A stretch of DNA of 64,000 bases from an uncultured Candidatus Saccharibacteria bacterium (lineage in GTDB: Bacteria > Patescibacteriota > Saccharimonadia > Saccharimonadales > CAYVSP01): the NCBI GenBank assembly GCA_964584265.1, contig CAZOZI010000004.1, positions 1,877 to 65,876 of the forward strand, read 5' to 3'. A model generated the notes under the pieces. It did no database searches. It saw nothing but the letters and a program-made list of their open reading frames with translations, and was not told where the DNA came from. Position 1 is the first letter of the stretch; each line of letters opens with the position of its first letter. A program made the position numbers and the translations under genes. This document shows positions 54,087 to 59,569 of the stretch, piece after piece.

Positions 54087-54456
54087 TTTCGAGCAATTGT
54101 GAAAAAGCAAAGCGCAGAAAAGGCAATGTGTTTTCTCGCACTAAATGGCCAGCTGTACGCTGGGCATAGGTAAATGTGCCGCTGGCCGCCTCTATAGCTT
54201 CTCCACGGGAAAGCTGCCTAAAGAATATATCAAGCCTGGGCGGGTGTTTAACCACTGTTCTTGATAGTGCAAGCAGAGCTGCGGCTGGGATTGTTTTTTC
54301 TGGGCCAATGAAAGAACTAGATAATATTAAAGCTAATTCTGCAGCTTCAACGCTCACGTCTGCAAGCACAAGTGCATTAGCACCAAGCTTCTCAAAATCC
54401 AAGGAACAAATCTCTAAGATATCCGGGATAGGCAAACGCTCAATTGAGGCTACCAT
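54073..54456 (-). CDS. hypothetical protein
   Basis: 127-aa ORF. Candidate promoter TTGTCT-17-TACGAT upstream. Preferred over the Ser/Ala-rich antisense ORF 54176..54478. Confidence 0.5.
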   Translation of the reverse strand: MVASIERLPIPDILEICSLDFEKLGANALVLADVSVEAAELALILSSSFIGPEKTIPAAALLALSRTVVKHPPRLDIFFRQLSRGEAIEAASGTFTYAQRTAGHLVRENTLPFLRFAFSQLLETNGA

Positions 54457-54513
54457 ATTGTCTCAATCGTACGCTTGAGTAACAATAAAGACAACTTCTA
54501 GGGCAATACATTG

Positions 54514-54542
54514 TTGACAATTAATGAAGCTTATGCTAATAT
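54514..54542 (+). promoter_or_regulatory. consensus sigma70-type promoter
   Basis: TTGACA-17-TAATAT upstream of ORF 54586. Confidence 0.6.
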
Positions 54543-54585
54543 GAGTTTAGTTACAATAAAACAAACACAAAGGAAAAAAATAGTA

Positions 54586-54915
54586 ATGGATACTCGTTAC
54601 CAACCACTTTATCGCCAGGCTGCAACCATGCAGCACAAATTTCATGATTTTACGCACACTACTGCTAATGATCCAATGGCCAATGTATTGCGCCAGCAAA
54701 TTCATGGGCTTACGAATGATTTAGCCAGCAATAAGAACCCGGGTGTGATTGACAGGCGTCTACGAACTATTCAAACCCAACTGCGCCGTACTCAAGCAGC
54801 CAACCCAAGTGCAATGCCCGGCCAAAACCCTTTGATTAACATGAATCAAAAGAACTTCTTGAACAGCAACTTTGAACGGATGCGCCAAAACGTCATACAA
54901 CACCCTAATTTTTAG
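54586..54915 (+). CDS. hypothetical protein
   Basis: Start moved to ATG 54586 (AAAGGA upstream) because consensus promoter 54514..54542 lies inside the ORF-track 5' extension. Confidence 0.55.
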   Translation: MDTRYQPLYRQAATMQHKFHDFTHTTANDPMANVLRQQIHGLTNDLASNKNPGVIDRRLRTIQTQLRRTQAANPSAMPGQNPLINMNQKNFLNSNFERMRQNVIQHPNF

Positions 54916-54958
54916 GTATTTGTACTAAGTTTTGGCCGTTGTGGGGAAGTAGTAAATA

Positions 54959-55267
54959 TTATTGATCTGAAGCAGGAACTCGGTTTGTTTCAGAGTGTTT
55001 GTACAAATTTGCTAAGGCAAAAGCCCTATCGAAACTATCAGTTAAAATTAGCCCGCCTAATACCTGGTTGCTCTTTATCTCGTCCGAAGTAATTTCTCGA
55101 CCCAGTAGCATTTCCAAACATGTAAGACGCTTTGGCATACTCGGCCATAGCTCTCTGGCAACCGGTTCAATTTCTATAACGGTAGCAGAGGGGTCCAGCC
55201 CGTGCTCTTCTAGAACTCGCACTACCCATGGATCTTGTGTTTGCGCTGTTCCTTCTACTTCTGTCAT
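54959..55267 (-). CDS. hypothetical protein, array unit 6
   Basis: 102-aa acidic ORF. A 10-bp perfect inverted repeat abuts the start codon. Confidence 0.55.
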   Translation of the reverse strand: MTEVEGTAQTQDPWVVRVLEEHGLDPSATVIEIEPVARELWPSMPKRLTCLEMLLGREITSDEIKSNQVLGGLILTDSFDRAFALANLYKHSETNRVPASDQ

Positions 55268-55270
55268 TGT

Positions 55271-55311
55271 ACTAGTAACTCACATTGATTGACTTATTGC
55301 AAGTTACTAGT
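55271..55311. promoter_or_regulatory. perfect 10-bp inverted repeat abutting the unit 6 start codon
   Basis: ACTAGTAACT-N21-AGTTACTAGT. On the minus strand it ends 3 nt before ATG 55267. Confidence 0.5.
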
Positions 55312-55363
55312 TCTTGGCAGGCATTGACATTACTGGGATAGAACTATTTTATTTATCATAAGA

Positions 55364-55870
55364 CTATGCTTGAGCTGGGCCGGGATTAAGAGCAAGCAGC
55401 TGACCCAAAGCTTCACTGATTTCCCCAGAAGTTATATTCTCGCTTACTATAACTATTGGTACCCCATGTTCTTGGCATAAAGCTTCTATATAATCTGTTG
55501 GAGTGGGAAGAGAATATCCACCAAGATCGTATCCTCTCATTTGAGGCAACACAAATACGATGTCCGGCGCAGTATCGGAAACAATATCAGGCTCAGGTAC
55601 ATCAGCGCGGTTGCCTCTGTAGAAAACGTTATCAATGTTGTCAACTTGACGGGATATTACTACACCATCGTCCGCTACACCATGTTCTTTTAGATATGTA
55701 GATAAAGCAACAGATATTTGTTTAGCACCTTCATAGTGGCCGCCAGTTGACGTATCTGTGGCAGCATCCCATCTATAGGGGACTTGCCCGTATATAACCA
55801 CTCGTGGTACATGTCTCGTAACCTCGCCTGTAGATTTTTCAAGTTCGCGACCATGACCCGGTATATCCAT
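55364..55870 (-). CDS. hypothetical protein, array unit 5
   Basis: 168-aa ORF. Promoter TTGACT-17-TAAAAT ends 6 nt before the ATG. Confidence 0.6.
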   Translation of the reverse strand: MDIPGHGRELEKSTGEVTRHVPRVVIYGQVPYRWDAATDTSTGGHYEGAKQISVALSTYLKEHGVADDGVVISRQVDNIDNVFYRGNRADVPEPDIVSDTAPDIVFVLPQMRGYDLGGYSLPTPTDYIEALCQEHGVPIVIVSENITSGEISEALGQLLALNPGPAQA

Positions 55871-55876
55871 GTTGCT

Positions 55877-55905
55877 ATTTTAGCACAAAAGGTATAAAAA
55901 GTCAA
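55877..55905 (-). promoter_or_regulatory. promoter of array unit 5 (type 2 module)
   Basis: TTGACT-17-TAAAAT with TGC upstream of the -10. 6 nt to the ATG. Confidence 0.7.
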
Positions 55906-55929
55906 TATTCATGCTTCTTTAACATTGCC

Positions 55930-55963
55930 GGTGTGCCTGCCTGCCGTAGGTAGGGAACTATTT
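55930..55963. repeat. array junction motif (unit 4/5 junction)
   Basis: Plus-strand reading GGTGTGCCTGCCTGCCGTAGGTAGGGAACTATTT. Confidence 0.8.
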
Positions 55964-55999
55964 ATAACTAGCAAACAAAAACCCAGTAACCAATAGGCT

Positions 56000-56323
56000 C
56001 TATCGAATAGGGTGAAAAGTCCGTTTGTAAACTTTGGGTTCTCTGCCCGCCATTGCTCTTGCCGTGTTTCTAACTGCTCTGGTACCAGTGTCAAACGAAC
56101 CGTCGTCGTGCGTAAAAGTAACTCCTAAACGATCTTCAGGGCGTGTGGGTAGGGGCAGATCTCTGCCCATAGCAGCTCTTAATATTTGTCTGGCAGCTTG
56201 GCGGCCCATTTCTTGGCCCCCATTCTCATGCGTAGATATGAGACCTAACTTTTTTTCTGAATGTAAGGCATAAGCTTCTGCGGGTGGTTGGGTTGGGACT
56301 AATGCTTCTTGATGTTCTGCCAT
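56000..56323 (-). CDS. hypothetical protein, array unit 4
   Basis: 107 aa from MAEHQEA. AGGAAA Shine-Dalgarno. The ORF-track 5' extension overlaps promoter 56343..56371. Confidence 0.6.
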   Translation of the reverse strand: MAEHQEALVPTQPPAEAYALHSEKKLGLISTHENGGQEMGRQAARQILRAAMGRDLPLPTRPEDRLGVTFTHDDGSFDTGTRAVRNTARAMAGREPKVYKRTFHPIR

Positions 56324-56342
56324 GATAATTTCCTGAGTATTT

Positions 56343-56371
56343 ATTCTAGCATAAACATGATAGAAAGTCAA
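56343..56371 (-). promoter_or_regulatory. promoter of array unit 4 (type 2 module)
   Basis: TTGACT-17-TAGAAT. Here a 19-nt leader with AGGAAA precedes the ATG. Confidence 0.7.
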
Positions 56372-56372
56372 C

Positions 56373-56386
56373 TGGCGGACCTTAAC
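56373..56386 (-). repeat. tRNA-Asp 3'-end-like sequence, junction 3/4
   Basis: Minus strand GTTAAGGTCCGCCA followed by GTTGAC (-35). Compare tRNA-Asp GTCGGGCCCGCCA followed by GTTGAT. Confidence 0.55.
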
Positions 56387-56392
56387 AGAAGA

Positions 56393-56408
56393 GGTGTGGA
56401 ATTATTTT
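56393..56408. repeat. array junction motif, short form (unit 3/4 junction)
   Basis: GGTGTGGAATTATTTT is the same flanks with the central 19 nt (GCCTGCCTGCCGTAGGTAG) precisely absent. Confidence 0.7.
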
Positions 56409-56412
56409 AGGC

Positions 56413-57372
56413 TTATGCAGCCTGTTCCCATAAACGTTCAGCAACAATGACATCAATAGCTTGATCCCACATATCATATGCTAGTTGGCTACCAGGGCAT
56501 CCTATAGTTGGCTCGTCCACTTTAATATCACCTAATCGGGTTCCAACAGGATAAACAACTATATGGTCACCTTGCATGTCTCGTTCTAAGCCCTCCAGTC
56601 GATTTGCAACATGCACATCTGCCCTGAGCACAAAGTTAGTTGTAGGCTGGGACCATTCAACAGCTTCTTGACCTGAAAGGTTAGTTCCTAACTGGGTATA
56701 GCTCTCAATTATGTCAGACGGCATGAAGCTATTACGGTCTAAGACAAAATCGCTTCCTCGGAGCCCATCGCCAAGACAAAAAGTAAACGCTTTTGCATAC
56801 TGTTGGGGGTGATGCAGTGGTTCTTGAAGCAAGGTATGAGCACTGTTTCTTGCCAAAGTTTCAGTATCTACTGATGCACCATTGGCTCTCGCCATTGCTG
56901 GCATTCGTCTGAGAATATTAACAATTGTTGCAGGCGCAAATTGAGCACCTGGAAATACAATTTCTCTTAGTCTCTCGGTTCCAGTGCTTTGGGACACTAA
57001 TGGTTTGAGCGGTATATGGCCTAGGTTTTGTAGTGCCCCATGATAGGGACATCCAGTTTCTGGAGGAATTACTGCTTCAAATGCTTTTTGGGCTGTTGAA
57101 GAAAGTAGTCTTTCTAGAGGCACCCAATCTTTGTTCATAGGCTGGCTAAAACCCGTGAATGGTTCGCCATTTGGTTGGACAAGGCCATATGGCGGAGCAG
57201 TACTACGAAAATTGGCATAAACTTCACGCACATTGTCCACTAAGATATGGGCATCGGCGTAGAAGTGTGGCTTTGCTTCAGTAAGTGAAGCACTAGGGTC
57301 AAGGGAACTAGGTACACCTGCCTTCCTTTGGCGTAGCTGTTCTCCGTAATCTCGGCGGGCCTCACTAGACAT
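56413..57372 (-). CDS. hypothetical protein, array unit 3
   Basis: 319-aa ORF with no motif recognised. Promoter TTGCTT-17-TATTAT ends 7 nt before the ATG. Confidence 0.65.
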   Translation of the reverse strand: MSSEARRDYGEQLRQRKAGVPSSLDPSASLTEAKPHFYADAHILVDNVREVYANFRSTAPPYGLVQPNGEPFTGFSQPMNKDWVPLERLLSSTAQKAFEAVIPPETGCPYHGALQNLGHIPLKPLVSQSTGTERLREIVFPGAQFAPATIVNILRRMPAMARANGASVDTETLARNSAHTLLQEPLHHPQQYAKAFTFCLGDGLRGSDFVLDRNSFMPSDIIESYTQLGTNLSGQEAVEWSQPTTNFVLRADVHVANRLEGLERDMQGDHIVVYPVGTRLGDIKVDEPTIGCPGSQLAYDMWDQAIDVIVAERLWEQAA

Positions 57373-57379
57373 AAAACAA

Positions 57380-57408
57380 ATAATACCACAAAAGTAGTAT
57401 TAAAGCAA
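57380..57408 (-). promoter_or_regulatory. promoter of array unit 3 (type 1 module)
   Basis: TTGCTT-17-TATTAT, 7 nt to the ATG. About 90 percent identical by eye to the unit 1 promoter, including ATACTAC-N4-GTGGTAT. Confidence 0.7.
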
Positions 57409-57411
57409 CAC

Positions 57412-57426
57412 TGGCGGACCCTGACG
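57412..57426 (-). repeat. tRNA-Asp 3'-end-like sequence, junction 2/3
   Basis: Minus strand CGTCAGGGTCCGCCA. Matches 12 of 13 tRNA 3'-end positions with one 1-nt indel. Confidence 0.55.
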
Positions 57427-57431
57427 TTGCA

Positions 57432-57466
57432 GGTGTGCCTGCCTGCCGTAAGTAGGGAACTATTTT
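57432..57466. repeat. array junction motif (unit 2/3 junction)
   Basis: GGTGTGCCTGCCTGCCGTAAGTAGGGAACTATTTT. Confidence 0.8.
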
Positions 57467-57499
57467 GTGTTTTCAGAAGGTTTTGCTAAAAAAAAGCTA

Positions 57500-58120
57500 C
57501 TATACTTGAGCATCCAAGGCTTGGAGAGCATCCTCTACGGGTTTAAGCTGAATCCACCTATGCGCCCTATCTTCATTAGCTCCGTCTGCTATATAAGAGG
57601 GATCTGTAGAGTCAACAGATATAGAAAAATTGTATCGAAAGCCATCTTCTGGTAAATGTACGCCTTCGTCCCAATGATCCAAAGCCTCGACATTATTTGC
57701 TAGTACTGCGTTTATAAAACCACCAGAATAAAAACCGACACGTCTGGCTGGATAGTCTGGAAATTCGGGATCGAATGGATTAGGCGAATCAAATTTATTT
57801 AAAAGAGTTATAGTTAGGCTTGGTTTGTCGTCCCAAGCAGAGGATCCCCCCTCATTCAAAAAAGGCATAAGTTTAAGCCATACTCTAGTGGTACCCCTTG
57901 GCATATCTACATCATCCACTAAAGTTTTTGCCATTGGTTTACCACGGTCATCGTGCTGAGTATCGGCATCGGGGTGCTTGTTTAAAACATGAGTGGCTAG
58001 TCGAATGATAGAGTCGAACTGCTTTTTTTCTTCAGGATGCAAATTTTCTTTAGAAACAAGGGCATCATCGAGAACTTCGCCTGTTGGATCGTGGTTAGGG
58101 CCGGAGGCAGAGAGAGGCAT
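57500..58120 (-). CDS. hypothetical protein, array unit 2
   Basis: 206-aa acidic ORF. Promoter TTGACT-17-TACAAT ends 6 nt before the ATG. Confidence 0.65.
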   Translation of the reverse strand: MPLSASGPNHDPTGEVLDDALVSKENLHPEEKKQFDSIIRLATHVLNKHPDADTQHDDRGKPMAKTLVDDVDMPRGTTRVWLKLMPFLNEGGSSAWDDKPSLTITLLNKFDSPNPFDPEFPDYPARRVGFYSGGFINAVLANNVEALDHWDEGVHLPEDGFRYNFSISVDSTDPSYIADGANEDRAHRWIQLKPVEDALQALDAQV

Positions 58121-58126
58121 TAGTTT

Positions 58127-58155
58127 ATTGTAGCATAAACAGTATGAAAAGTCAA
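58127..58155 (-). promoter_or_regulatory. promoter of array unit 2 (type 2 module)
   Basis: TTGACT-17-TACAAT with TGC upstream of the -10. 6 nt to the ATG. Confidence 0.7.
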
Positions 58156-58156
58156 T

Positions 58157-58171
58157 TGGTGGGCCTTGACG
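58157..58171 (-). repeat. tRNA-Asp 3'-end-like sequence, junction 1/2
   Basis: Minus strand CGTCAAGGCCCACCA followed by ATTGAC (-35). Confidence 0.5.
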
Positions 58172-58176
58172 TTAGA

Positions 58177-58211
58177 GGTGTGCCTGCCTGCCGTAGGTAG
58201 GGAATTATTTT
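58177..58211. repeat. array junction motif (unit 1/2 junction)
   Basis: GGTGTGCCTGCCTGCCGTAGGTAGGGAATTATTTT. Its 3' part supplies the last codons and TAA stop of unit 1. Confidence 0.8.
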
Positions 58212-58636
58212 CTTAATTCAGGTACGACTAACGCACCGTTGTCCATAGGAATACTGTAACGATTAATCTGAGGAACGCTTAAGGATGCGGCCGTATGGAA
58301 TTCATCAGGATAAAGACGAACCCATGTAAAATCTCCTCGAGGTCTAAAAGCCCTTGCTGTAGCTACGCCGCCGACCTTAAATAGTATTCTTAACTTACCA
58401 AGCTCTAAAGATGAGCCAACGACACGAAACTCAGGGTCTGTTCTATATACTTCAGATGGTAACAAACCCCGCATGAAGCCGTTAAGTTCGTCTGCAGTAT
58501 ATAGGGGGGTTGCTGGATAACTGTGGACTTCATAACCAACCACGTCTCCATCTTCATGATGATCACGAACAGCAGCAACTACCAGTTCAGGGTTTGCTTG
58601 TAATGTGTCAACTACATCTCTTGGAAAATTAGCCAT
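58205..58636 (-). CDS. hypothetical protein, array unit 1
   Basis: 143-aa ORF. Promoter TTGATT-17-TATTAT starts 1 nt after the tRNA-Asp CCA end and ends 7 nt before the ATG. Confidence 0.65.
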   Translation of the reverse strand: MANFPRDVVDTLQANPELVVAAVRDHHEDGDVVGYEVHSYPATPLYTADELNGFMRGLLPSEVYRTDPEFRVVGSSLELGKLRILFKVGGVATARAFRPRGDFTWVRLYPDEFHTAASLSVPQINRYSIPMDNGALVVPELRK

Positions 58637-58643
58637 GATATAA

Positions 58644-58672
58644 ATAATACCACAAAAGTGGTATTAAATCAA
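58644..58672 (-). promoter_or_regulatory. promoter of array unit 1 (type 1 module)
   Basis: TTGATT-17-TATTAT, then 7 nt to the ATG. Contains palindrome ATACCAC-N4-GTGGTAT (58647..58664). Confidence 0.7.
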
Positions 58673-58673
58673 C

Positions 58674-58751
58674 TGGCGGGCCCGACCGGATTCGAACCGG
58701 CGATCTCCTCCGTGACAGGGAGGCGTGTTAGGCCAGCTACACCACGGGCCC
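58674..58751 (-). tRNA. tRNA-Asp (anticodon GUC)
   Basis: Hand fold: acceptor GGGCCCG/CGGGCCC, anticodon arm CCTCC-CTGTCAC-GGAGG, T arm GCCGG-TTCGAAT-CCGGT, discriminator G, encoded CCA. Confidence 0.9.
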
Positions 58752-59019
58752 GCGTCAGAACCGACGGTCAGTTTTCACAAAAGAAACAAGATTTCTTTTG
58801 TTTCATCCTCTAGTCGCTTCTTCCTTACAGTTTTCCAAACAGTCGAGCCGAATGAATCGACTCCTTGGTTTGGAAAACTGATTTAGACAAACGAGGATTA
58901 GCTTTTGGATCCAAACGCGAAGCTGTGACGCGCTGGAGGTAATCATAAAATGACAAAGCAAAGGATACCAGTTACAGGGGTAAAAAGCAAACCTATGAGT
59001 GATATAATACGCTCTGTTT

Positions 59020-59096
59020 GCCACCTTAGCTCAGTTGGCTAGAGCACCACTTTCGTAAAGTGGGGGTCCGGGGTTCGAATCCCCGAGGTGGCTCCA
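59020..59096 (+). tRNA. tRNA-Thr (anticodon CGU)
   Basis: Acceptor GCCACCT/AGGTGGC, D arm GCTC-AGTTGGCTA-GAGC, anticodon arm CCACT-TTCGTAA-AGTGG, T arm CGGGG-TTCGAAT-CCCCG, encoded CCA. Confidence 0.9.
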
Positions 59097-59171
59097 GCGG
59101 GTATCGTATAGTGGCTAATATGTGACCTTCCCAAGGTCGAGAGGAGAGTTCGATTCTCTCTACCCGCACCA
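59097..59171 (+). tRNA. tRNA-Gly (anticodon CCC)
   Basis: Starts directly after tRNA-Thr. Acceptor GCGGGTA/TACCCGC, anticodon loop TTCCCAA, T arm GAGAG-TTCGATT-CTCTC, encoded CCA. Confidence 0.88.
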
Positions 59172-59193
59172 GTTTGCTATATAATAACTACAA

Positions 59194-59541
59194 ATGGCTG
59201 AAAAGCGCTACATACATGATCGCGTAATATTGCTCTTGCTGAGTATTAGCACCTTTCTGGTTCTACTTGGCAGTCTGCTGATTGCGCTGCGTCTCGGTGG
59301 CCGCAACAACGGCTATATTGTGCAATACCGAGCCAACTTGGGTATAAGCGCCTTTAAGACGGGAAGTGCCTGGCAGCTACTGAGCTTTATTGGTTTTATG
59401 TTAGTTGTTTTAGTGGTGAATACCATGTTAAGTATACGTGCTTATAACATTCGACGAGAGTATGCTACAACGATATTGGGCATGGGGTTACTGTTGATTG
59501 TGATGGCAATTGTGGTTAGTAATGCGTTGCTAGTCACATGA
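59194..59541 (+). CDS. small multi-TM membrane protein
   Basis: 115 aa with three or four hydrophobic helices. Directly upstream of the GT2 synthase gene. Confidence 0.6.
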   Translation: MAEKRYIHDRVILLLLSISTFLVLLGSLLIALRLGGRNNGYIVQYRANLGISAFKTGSAWQLLSFIGFMLVVLVVNTMLSIRAYNIRREYATTILGMGLLLIVMAIVVSNALLVT

Positions 59542-59569
59542 AACAACCTAATGTGGTGCGTGCGGCGTC

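Noticed and set aside
54176-54478. 100-aa plus-strand ORF overlapping ORF 54073..54456
   Set aside because: Its Ser/Ala-rich low-complexity translation is typical of an antisense frame. The minus-strand ORF has a candidate promoter and a more protein-like sequence. Neither is strongly supported.
55930-58211. Junction motifs as a CRISPR array
   Set aside because: The repeats are 0.45-1.5 kb apart and separated by full-length ORFs with promoters. There is no regular short spacer pattern and no cas genes.
58803-59024. 73-aa minus-strand ORF in the tRNA spacer
   Set aside because: It spans two perfect hairpins and has an implausible Cys/Trp/Phe-rich composition. It would also run into the tRNA-Thr promoter region.
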